From a virus (taxonomy: Duplodnaviria; Caudoviricetes): a stretch of 24,098 nucleotides of DNA. This document shows, in pieces, positions 16,471-23,320 of the stretch. Location of the stretch: positions 1 through 24,098 of IMG/VR virus record IMGVR_UViG_3300009602_002561; one strand, given 5' to 3'. The first letter of the stretch is position 1; each line of letters starts with the position of its first letter. The notes below the pieces were generated by a model, which was given only the letters and a program-made list of their open reading frames with translations, was not told the DNA's origin and searched no databases. The position numbers and the translations under genes are program-made.

Positions 16471-16677
16471 TCAGGCCTCTTCCAGCTCGCTCCGCAGGAT
16501 CTGAAGGTCAAGTGGTGCTTCGATGGCTATCTGAGCGCGCCCGCCCTCGATGCCTTTGATGGTCAGCGTGATGCCGTCCAGCAGCAGCTGGGCGAAGAGG
16601 TCGTCGGGGTCGGTGCCGGGCTGGACGCGCAGCGTAACTTGTTCGCCTTCCCGGCGGGTGAGTACCAGATAGCCCAT
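16471..16677 (-). CDS. CsrA/Rsm-family translational regulator, RsmN(RsmF)-like
   Basis: MGYLVLTRREGEQVTL...[inserted helix DDLFAQLLLDG]...ITLTI..IEGGRAQIAIEAP....ILRSEL. This is a CsrA fold with the internal helix characteristic of RsmN and the conserved RNA-binding Arg. Confidence 0.85.
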   Translation of the reverse strand: MGYLVLTRREGEQVTLRVQPGTDPDDLFAQLLLDGITLTIKGIEGGRAQIAIEAPLDLQILRSELEEA

Positions 16678-16704
16678 GGTTTCGCTTCCTTGCGTTGTGT
16701 TGCG

Positions 16705-17394
16705 TTAGATCCTGACCTTGCTCGGCGGCACGATGGCGCCGACAAAGTGGATGTGTTCGATGTCGTCAAAGGCGATGGTGCGCATGTCGTAGATGGGGTT
16801 GACTGACAGCACGCCGACCTCGACATCGTTGGCGTAACCGAGCAGCTTGAGCATGCTCTCACCGTCGCGCAGCCTGATCATGACGTACTCGCCTGGCACC
16901 AGTCGCCCGTTTGGTTCACAGACTGCAATCCAGCCGCTGCGAATTGCAGGGGCCATTGAATCCCCTTTTAAACGCAGCGCGTAGGCGCCTGGGTCACGCG
17001 AGGGGATATCCACGACGCCTTCGCCTTCGTCCAGGGCATGCCAGTAGCCTTCGGCGCCCATCTGGGCGGTGCCGACAATCTTTACTGCGCGATAGGGGCT
17101 GGTTATGTCTGGGCCCGGCTCGACATTCGTTATGTTCTGGCCGGCCTCGGAAAGCATCACGCCTTCATCGAACTGAAGCCACTCGCGGCGCACGCCGAGT
17201 TCCGTCGCGATCGCGAGCATTTTGCTTGGACCCGGAATCGCCTCGGCATTGAGCCATTTACTGGCCGCTTTCGGTGTAACGCCTGCCACTTTTGCCAGGC
17301 GCGCACCTGCTCCCCAGGCGTCTATGCCTTTGACGGCAAGCGCTGCTTTGAGGCGTTTCGAAAAGGCCTGTCGGAAATCGTCATGTTGAACCAT
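16705..17394 (-). CDS. CI-like repressor (XRE HTH + S24 autopeptidase), PrtR-like
   Basis: HTH ARLAKVAGVTPKAASKWLNAEAIP. S24 GDSMAP (Ser) and MLKLL (Lys). The start could alternatively be 17439. Confidence 0.93.
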   Translation of the reverse strand: MVQHDDFRQAFSKRLKAALAVKGIDAWGAGARLAKVAGVTPKAASKWLNAEAIPGPSKMLAIATELGVRREWLQFDEGVMLSEAGQNITNVEPGPDITSPYRAVKIVGTAQMGAEGYWHALDEGEGVVDIPSRDPGAYALRLKGDSMAPAIRSGWIAVCEPNGRLVPGEYVMIRLRDGESMLKLLGYANDVEVGVLSVNPIYDMRTIAFDDIEHIHFVGAIVPPSKVRI

Positions 17395-17458
17395 AGGTTC
17401 AATTTCGCACGCCCTTGCATGTACTTTCAGTTCCGTCATAATATGTACTTCAGGTTCA
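17387..17458. promoter_or_regulatory. Three right operators (OR) and PR promoter
   Basis: TGAACCATAGGTTCA 17387-17401 (perfect 6-bp arms), TGTACTTTCAGTTCC 17420-17434, TGTACTTCAGGTTCA 17444-17458. Plus-strand TTGCAT(17415)-16 bp-CATAAT(17437). Confidence 0.8.
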
Positions 17459-17480
17459 CAGTTTGCCGAGGAGGCTCGTA

Positions 17481-17822
17481 ATGAGCACGATTAAAGAGGC
17501 AGTCCGATCAGTTGGCGGCGCCAAAGCAGCAGCGAAGGCCTGCGGCGTGAGCGTTCGGGCCGTCTACAAGTGGATCGCCGCTGATGCGTTGCCTCGTACC
17601 GAGTACACCGGGGAAACGAGCTATGTGAGTCAGCTAGCGCTCGCTGCTGCAGAACAGGGCAGCCCATTCGACATCAATCGCTTAAAAGCTACCGCCGCGC
17701 CGCGCAAAGCTGGTGAGGCTGCTGAAGCCGTTGTCGTGAATCAGCCTGAAAGGCGTGCTAGCGAGCGTCGCTCGGGCGAGCGCCGCTCTGCAGAGCGTCG
17801 AGAAGCCGAACGTCGAACCTAA
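17481..17822 (+). CDS. Cro-like regulator with C-terminal (ERRxx)5 tail
   Basis: GGAKAAAKACGVSVRAVYKWIAADALPRTEYTGET.Y is a Cro HTH. GAGGAGG RBS. Divergent from CI. Confidence 0.88.
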   Translation: MSTIKEAVRSVGGAKAAAKACGVSVRAVYKWIAADALPRTEYTGETSYVSQLALAAAEQGSPFDINRLKATAAPRKAGEAAEAVVVNQPERRASERRSGERRSAERREAERRT

Positions 17823-17830
17823 CCAATTAC

Positions 17831-18142
17831 ACCCGTCGCACACTTACCACCGCGCAGAGCGGGGCGGCGGTTGCCGGTACCGGGAGGCTTACCACCAGAC
17901 CGGTGCCGGCAGGGCCAGAAAGGCCAGAGACACAACCTGACGCCACGGCGGCAGGTGCAATAGAGGTCGAGAACTGGGGACCCACTTACCAAGCGAAGAA
18001 CCCCAGCCTCGACGGTCCGGTAATCGGTTACCAGCCGACTACCTCAACAGTCAGCCCGCTGAGACACAGCAATGCATAAGCGGGCGACGACTGCTGTAGC
18101 CATAGAGTAGGCAAATGCCCGACGAATGGCTACAGCGTTACC
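17831..18142 (+). ncRNA. Candidate structured RNA / hairpin array between cro and the CII-like gene
   Basis: At least six consecutive stem-loops (e.g. 17872-17911, 17966-18013, 18019-18043, 18054-18085, 18093-18136), four enclosing (C)TTACCA. Confidence 0.5.
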
Positions 18143-18156
18143 GGGGCTTTAAAACC

Positions 18157-18654
18157 ATGAGTCGGAAAGACCTTTTGCCGGCCGCCGGGCCGGTGTTGAA
18201 CACGCGCCAGGCGCTGTACCGCGCCACCCGCGATGCGGTAGGCGGCCAGAACTGCATTGCACTGACGATCGGGATTGACCCGGACGAGCTGAGCAAGCGC
18301 CTGAACCCCACGAACCACCGCCCCATTCACCCTGAGCTGATCGAAGAGATTGTGGCTGCGACGCGTGACCCGCGCCTGCTGGCGGCGTTGGTGCGCCCGG
18401 CTGGTGCGGTGGTGTTCGTGCCCAGGCCGGTGGAAGCAACACGCTCCGCGCTTAAGGCCCTGGGCGAGCTGCTGAAAGCCGAAGGTGAGTTTGTTGGCAG
18501 CCTGCACGCGGGCGCGGCGGACAACGTATGGGAGCACCACGAGGTGGAAACCCTGCGTTACCACGCGAACAAGATGATCGGCGAGATCCTCGGCATCGTG
18601 GCCGGTGCGGAGCAGGCAATGGAGCAAGCGTTGGAGGAGGTGGCTCATGGATGA
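18157..18654 (+). CDS. Phage regulatory CII-like (YmfL/CP76-type) protein
   Basis: MSRKDLLP.AGPVL..RQALYRA.RD..GG....A...G...D.L.KRLNP; position after cro. Confidence 0.75.
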   Translation: MSRKDLLPAAGPVLNTRQALYRATRDAVGGQNCIALTIGIDPDELSKRLNPTNHRPIHPELIEEIVAATRDPRLLAALVRPAGAVVFVPRPVEATRSALKALGELLKAEGEFVGSLHAGAADNVWEHHEVETLRYHANKMIGEILGIVAGAEQAMEQALEEVAHG

Positions 18655-18868
18655 ACACATCATCGAGCTGGCCGAACGGGCCATGGCCGAGCAGTTGCAG
18701 CGCAGCATCGATAACCGCGTGCAGTACCAGGGCGTGAGCCTGACCGAGTGCGAGGAGTGCGGTGACGACATTCCCAAGGCGCGGCAGGACGCGGTGAAGG
18801 GGTGCCGGTTGTGCTTCGACTGCCAGCAGGCTGCTGATCAGCGTGGCAAGGGGGTGCGTCGTGGTTAA
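18647..18868 (+). CDS. TraR/DksA C4 zinc-finger protein (PtrB-like)
   Basis: CEECGDDIPKARQDAVKGCRLCFDCQ. GGAGG RBS. Confidence 0.9.
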   Translation: MDEHIIELAERAMAEQLQRSIDNRVQYQGVSLTECEECGDDIPKARQDAVKGCRLCFDCQQAADQRGKGVRRG

Positions 18869-18887
18869 TGCGCACCCCTCTGCTGTT

Positions 18888-19211
18888 CTAGCCCGCAATC
18901 CTCAGGGCCATCAGCTTGCTGAGGCGCGACAGGTAAGCCTGCATGCTCTCGGCATTATCAGTGGGCACGCAGCCGTCGTTGTACAGATGGATGCGCTCCA
19001 TATTTTCGCGGCCACGAGCGTCCAGCTCGGCGGCGAGCTTTTGCGTGATGCCTTGCAGCTTCACGCTGACCGGGTGCTCTTCGTAGTTCACCCATTCGCC
19101 TGTCATGAACCCTATTGGTTTGTAGTTGCGGTTAAGCATCACGTAGCTGCCGTCTTCCTGGCGGTCGAGGCAATAGGGGAAGTGGGTGTGGCGCAGTTCG
19201 TCCTTCAACAT
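18888..19211 (-). CDS. Hypothetical protein (107 aa), antisense moron
   Basis: ATG 19211 with GGAG RBS. Protein-like sequence (FPYCLDRQEDGSYVMLNRNYKPIG...LYNDGCVP). Fills the gap between plus-strand genes. Confidence 0.7.
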   Translation of the reverse strand: MLKDELRHTHFPYCLDRQEDGSYVMLNRNYKPIGFMTGEWVNYEEHPVSVKLQGITQKLAAELDARGRENMERIHLYNDGCVPTDNAESMQAYLSRLSKLMALRIAG

Positions 19212-19236
19212 GCTTTTTACTCCAGTGAGGTTCCTT

Positions 19237-19470
19237 ATGAACAAGCCGATCATCATCGTTGCGCCGCAGGGTGCGGGCAAGACCAGGCACGCACACGCTT
19301 TGGCGGAGGCGTTCGGGTGCTTGCGGGTTGTGGAAGAGTTCAATGGACAGGTGCCGCTACGACCGGGCGATCTGGCGCTAACGAATTGCGAGGTGGTTGC
19401 CGCGACTACCAAAGGCGCGACGATCATGACACTGGACGCAGCGCTGGCCAGAGTGCAATCGGTGGCGTAG
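19237..19470 (+). CDS. Miniature P-loop-containing protein
   Basis: IIIVAPQGAGKT Walker-A-like motif. GAGG RBS. Only 77 aa. Confidence 0.7.
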   Translation: MNKPIIIVAPQGAGKTRHAHALAEAFGCLRVVEEFNGQVPLRPGDLALTNCEVVAATTKGATIMTLDAALARVQSVA

Positions 19471-19509
19471 AGGCTGCCTTCCCTAGCGCTTTGACGGGAG
19501 GGAAGACCA

Positions 19510-20547
19510 ATGGCTGAGCAAGTCCCTCTCACCCTGTCCGATCTGGCCGAGCTGCTGACCTTTATTCACGCCGATGACCGCGACACCTGGTTGGCGGTGG
19601 CGATGGGTGTGAAGGCGGAGTTCGGTGAAGCCGGGTTCGACAGCTGGAATGCGTGGAGCCAAACCGGAGACGGTTACAACTCGGCGGATGCGAAGAGCGT
19701 GTGGAAGTCGTGCCGCAAGCGTGGCACCGGCATGGGCACGGTCATCAAGCTGGCGAAGGACAATGGTTGGTCGCCGCGCCGTGAACCGATCACTGCAGAA
19801 GAGAAGCGCAGGCTGAGTGCCGAGGCTGAACAACGCCGCGCGGTGCGGCAGGCTGAGATTGAGGCCGATGAGGCGCGGCTAGGCGTAATGCGCGAGGCGG
19901 TTGCCCAGGCCTGCGAACAGATTTGGACGAAGCACTGCAAGCCCGACGGCACGAGCCCCTACCTTGAGCGCAAGCAGGTAGGGGCTTTTGGTGTGGGCTT
20001 CTTTCATTACACGGTGGTGCTCGCCATCGATGACGCTCGCCAGCGGTGTGACGTGTGGGTGGGCAGTGAGACGCGGACCTTCTTCGACAATCTGCCGAAG
20101 CCGAGGCCGGATTCGATCAGCTTCATGATGTTCAAGGCCGGCACCCTTGCAGTGCCGTTGCGCGATGCGGCGGGCAAGTTGTGGAGCCTGCAGGCAATCA
20201 ACGAGCAGGGCACGAAGCTGTTCCCGAAGTACGGGCGCAAGGGTGGTTGCTTCCATGTGCTGGGCGAGTTGGCCGGTGCTGAGTTCGTGGCTGAGGCCGA
20301 AGGCTATGCGACGGCGGCCAGCGTGCACATGGCGCTGGACTGGCCGGTAGCGATGGCGGTCGACTCGGGCAACCTCGTTGCGGTGGCGCGTGCGCTGCGG
20401 GCGGCCTGCCCGGACGCGAAGCTGGTGGTCTTTGGCGACGATGACCCAGCGGTGAAGAACAATCCGGGCCGGATGAAGGCGGAGGCCGCTGCCGCTGAGG
20501 TGGGTGGTTTTGCGTTGTTCCCGGTGATGCCAGGGGAGGCTGCCTGA
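19510..20547 (+). CDS. DNA primase N-part (PriCT-2 + Toprim)
   Basis: ADDRDTWLAVAMGVK.EFG......W..WS (PriCT-2); SPYLERK; AEGYATAAS and FGDDD (Toprim). Confidence 0.9.
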   Translation: MAEQVPLTLSDLAELLTFIHADDRDTWLAVAMGVKAEFGEAGFDSWNAWSQTGDGYNSADAKSVWKSCRKRGTGMGTVIKLAKDNGWSPRREPITAEEKRRLSAEAEQRRAVRQAEIEADEARLGVMREAVAQACEQIWTKHCKPDGTSPYLERKQVGAFGVGFFHYTVVLAIDDARQRCDVWVGSETRTFFDNLPKPRPDSISFMMFKAGTLAVPLRDAAGKLWSLQAINEQGTKLFPKYGRKGGCFHVLGELAGAEFVAEAEGYATAASVHMALDWPVAMAVDSGNLVAVARALRAACPDAKLVVFGDDDPAVKNNPGRMKAEAAAAEVGGFALFPVMPGEAA

Positions 20548-22208
20548 TGGATTGGAATGATCTGCATGTGAGCTGGGGGCTTGAGGCGGTACAGCAGCAG
20601 CTGTCGGCTGCGCTGGCTGCTGGTGAGCCTTCCCCGACCCCATCCGAGGCCGAAGCCGCGGCGCCGGGCGGCTCCTCCGACAACGGGGGGCAGGGGGCGG
20701 GGCTGACCAGTGAACAGCTGTTGCGGCGCTTTGCTCTGGTGGAAGGCACCACGCAGGTGTGGGACCAGGACAAGAAGACCGCGATGAAGAAGACGGCCTT
20801 CGAGGCGCTGGTGAGCAAGCCGCTGGCGAAGGCCTGGCTAGATGACACTGCGAAGAAGCTGATAGGCGCCGATGCGGTGCGGGAGATAGAGCAGGCGCGG
20901 CGGATGGCGGGCAAGAAGGCCGGCGCGTTGGGTATGCCGCCGACTGAACGCTATGTGTATATCGACGGCACCAAGGATGTGTGGGACCGCGAGAAGAAGC
21001 GGCGCATTCCGGAAGGTGCGGTGAAGATGGCGCTGGGCGATGCCTATGCGTTGTGGCTGAACTCAGCCGAGCGGCGGACGGTGGATGTGGACCACATCGT
21101 GTTCGACCCGGCGATGCGGTTGGACCCTGCGGTGTACATCAATACGTTCGAGGGTTTGCCGCTGGAGCCGGTACGGGACGATGAGGCGTGCGCGAACCTG
21201 CGTTGGTTGATCTCATTCCTGTGCAACCACGATGAAGAGGCCTTTGACTGGCTGAAGAAGTGGCTGGCGTACCCGCTGCAGCACCCGGGCGCGAAGATGG
21301 ATACGGCAGTGCTGGCCCATTCGATCACCGAGGGCTCCGGCAAGTCGTTGCTGTTTGCTGATGCGTTCGGGCAGCTGTTCGGGCCGTATGCGGCGACGGT
21401 AGGGCAGACGCAGTTGGAGTCGTCCTTTAACGCATGGCAGAGCCGCAAGCTGTGGGCGGTGTTCGAGGAGGTCGTGAGCCGCGACCAGCGATACAACCAG
21501 GTGGGCAAGATCAAGCATCTGATCACCGGCAAGACGGTGCGGATGGAATCGAAGTTCATCAACGGCTGGGAAGAAGCCAACCACATGAACGCGGTGTTCC
21601 TCTCGAACGAGATCCTGCCGTGGCCGATCAGTGACAGCGACCGCCGCATGCTGGTGGTGTGGCCGCAGGAGACGTTGCCGCCGGCTCGGCAGAAGGCAAT
21701 CGGTGCGGAGTTGAAAGGCAACGGGGTGGCGGCACTGTATGGCTGGCTGCTGTCGTTGGACCTGGGCGAGTTCGACCAGCGCACGCGGCCACCGCACACG
21801 GATGCGCGGCAGCGCCTGGTGGCGTTGAGCCGGGCAGGGTGGCAGACCTTCCTTTATCAATGGCAAACCGGTGAGCTCGGGTTGGACCTGTGGGGCGCGT
21901 GCCTGTCGACGGACCTGTATGCGTTGTTCCTCGAGTGGTGCCAGCGCAACAAGGAACACGCGATGAGCCAGACGAAGTTCAGCCTGTTCATCAGTGCTGA
22001 GGTGGAGAAGACGCGGTCGATCCCCTGGACGAATGGCAGCAATCGAAGCTTTGGGGCGTTCTTCTTCCCCAGCGATCCGGACTCTTCCCTGCCCCCATCT
22101 CTGACCGCAGCTGCGCTTGGCCAGCACGTGGCGGAGTGGCGCGGGAAGGCACGCAAGGCGGGCTGGGACGTGGACGGGTGGGACCACCTGAAGGCGGCTG
22201 CAGCATGA
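20547..22208 (+). CDS. Primase-associated SF3/D5-like helicase (DUF5906-type)
   Basis: WLAYPLQHPGAK, Walker A EGSGKS, Walker B AVFEEV, motif C FLSNE, DRR. Starts with the DWNDLH motif. Confidence 0.9.
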   Translation: MDWNDLHVSWGLEAVQQQLSAALAAGEPSPTPSEAEAAAPGGSSDNGGQGAGLTSEQLLRRFALVEGTTQVWDQDKKTAMKKTAFEALVSKPLAKAWLDDTAKKLIGADAVREIEQARRMAGKKAGALGMPPTERYVYIDGTKDVWDREKKRRIPEGAVKMALGDAYALWLNSAERRTVDVDHIVFDPAMRLDPAVYINTFEGLPLEPVRDDEACANLRWLISFLCNHDEEAFDWLKKWLAYPLQHPGAKMDTAVLAHSITEGSGKSLLFADAFGQLFGPYAATVGQTQLESSFNAWQSRKLWAVFEEVVSRDQRYNQVGKIKHLITGKTVRMESKFINGWEEANHMNAVFLSNEILPWPISDSDRRMLVVWPQETLPPARQKAIGAELKGNGVAALYGWLLSLDLGEFDQRTRPPHTDARQRLVALSRAGWQTFLYQWQTGELGLDLWGACLSTDLYALFLEWCQRNKEHAMSQTKFSLFISAEVEKTRSIPWTNGSNRSFGAFFFPSDPDSSLPPSLTAAALGQHVAEWRGKARKAGWDVDGWDHLKAAAA

Positions 22209-22220
22209 GTACGCTCAAAA

Positions 22221-22518
22221 GTGTGTTGGGTTGTGTTGGGTTGTGTCGGGTTGGTTTTGCGAACCCAACACAGGCGCAGGCCTCGAACGGCGCGGCTTGG
22301 CGGGTGCTGTGTGGGGTGTGTTGGGTTTGGCATCGCGCGCGCGCATGCGTTGCCGTTTCGCTTGTTCCTTCTGACGATGAAGGAAAAATTCTCTATGCGA
22401 GGACTGAAAAACCCAACAAACCCAACACACTCAACACAGATGCTTTGAAAGCCTTGATCTGTATGGGTTTTAGCTGTGTTGGGTTTGTGTTGGGTTGGGG
22501 TTTTTGTGTTGGGTTGGG
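22221..22518. repeat. Probable phage replication origin: TGTGTTGGGTT iterons in direct and inverted orientation
   Basis: Roughly a dozen copies of TGTGTTGGGTT or AACCCAACA(CA) (e.g. 22222, 22232, 22242, 22262, 22317, 22410-22438, 22475-22518) around an A/T-rich patch (~22380-22412), directly after the helicase. Confidence 0.75.
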
Positions 22519-22538
22519 TGCGGCGGGGGAGAAGAGCC

Positions 22539-23027
22539 ATGATTGAGGCAGTCGAGGCGTTGATGGTGCATTGGGCCGAGCGGTGCCGTGGTGGGCTTGG
22601 CGGGCCGGGCGCGGGAAGTTCGTCGCCGCTGGCGGTGGCGATGCAGTACGGGATGATCCCTACTGGCAGCCGTGCCACGATGGGCTTGGCTGGAGCTGAG
22701 GATCGGGCAGCCGAGGAAGTTGATGCGGCGATCGGCAGCATCAAGCAGCTGGGCCTGGCGCAGGACCGTAAGCTGGCGAAGGCGTGGCGGTTGGCGGGCA
22801 ACACCAGCCGTCCGCCGTTCTGCCTGGAGACGCAGTTGGTGAAGCTGGCGATGGTGCGCTATCTGCCGGACCCGATCCCGACCGTGGCACAGCAGATGCG
22901 GCGCGTGCGGATCGGCTCTGAGCGTACCTATCACGAGCGAGTGCAGAAGCTGCACGAGCTGGTTAGGGCTGAGCTGGAGCGCCGTGCACGGATGCAGCGG
23001 GTGCATGGCGGGCGTTACGTCGCGTAA
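22539..23027 (+). CDS. PA0613-like late regulator (Q-like antiterminator candidate)
   Basis: MIEAVEALMVHWAE...LAVAMQYG...EEVDAAI...LA..RYL...TV..QMR.V.I.SERTY..RV..LH with a C-terminal HTH; lies between origin and holin. Confidence 0.65.
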   Translation: MIEAVEALMVHWAERCRGGLGGPGAGSSSPLAVAMQYGMIPTGSRATMGLAGAEDRAAEEVDAAIGSIKQLGLAQDRKLAKAWRLAGNTSRPPFCLETQLVKLAMVRYLPDPIPTVAQQMRRVRIGSERTYHERVQKLHELVRAELERRARMQRVHGGRYVA

Positions 23028-23039
23028 ATGGCGGTCTGG

Positions 23040-23090
23040 GATTCCGGCCGGATTCCGCACAGATTCCGTTCTGATTCGGCCCTGATTCGG
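23040..23090. repeat. Five GATTC(C/G)G repeats with exact 11-bp period
   Basis: GATTC at 23040, 23051, 23062, 23073 and 23084. Confidence 0.85.
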
Positions 23091-23109
23091 CTGTGGCTTT
23101 AACTCACTG

Positions 23110-23138
23110 TTTACGCCTCCGCAGTTGGGGGGTACAAA
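23110..23138 (+). promoter_or_regulatory. Putative late promoter
   Basis: TTTACG (23110-23115), 17 bp spacer, TACAAA (23133-23138), downstream of the 11-bp repeats. Confidence 0.5.
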
Positions 23139-23233
23139 GCGCATAACAGGTCAGAGCAGCGCCAAGGCGATGACCGAAACGAGCCTTACTTGCTGTGTCA
23201 GGCACAGACCGGAACCCCCGCCGGTCACCCCTC

Positions 23234-23266
23234 AAAGCCCCGCCATCGTGCGGGGCTTTGTCTTTT
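23234..23266 (+). terminator. Intrinsic terminator in late leader
   Basis: AAAGCCCCGC-catcgt-GCGGGGCTTT followed by GTCTTTT. Confidence 0.75.
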
Positions 23267-23293
23267 CTGGCTGATGGTGTCGCCGTCGCCTTT

Positions 23294-23320
23294 GCCCGTC
23301 GCCATGCGGGCTTTTTTATT
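23294..23320 (+). terminator. Second intrinsic terminator in late leader
   Basis: GCCCG...CGGGC stem followed by TTTTTTATT. Confidence 0.7.

Noticed and set aside
17831-18142. tRNA-like element or C4/CI-type antisense RNA
   Set aside because: ACCA is internal to loops and there is no D/T-arm signature. Matching motifs elsewhere are same-sense, so they cannot base-pair with it.
22136-22546. Cys/Val/Gly-rich ORF across the origin (possible ATG 22205)
   Set aside because: Composition is dictated by the TGTGTTGGG repeats. The ATGA-type overlaps at both ends mean translation cannot be fully excluded.
19879-22804. Minus-strand ORFs 19879-20643, 21213-22187 and 21857-22804
   Set aside because: Antisense shadows of the primase/helicase and of the origin repeats.
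22221-23090. CRISPR array (iteron and GATTC repeats)
   Set aside because: Repeats are 5-11 bp without 30-40-bp unique spacers, and there are no cas genes.
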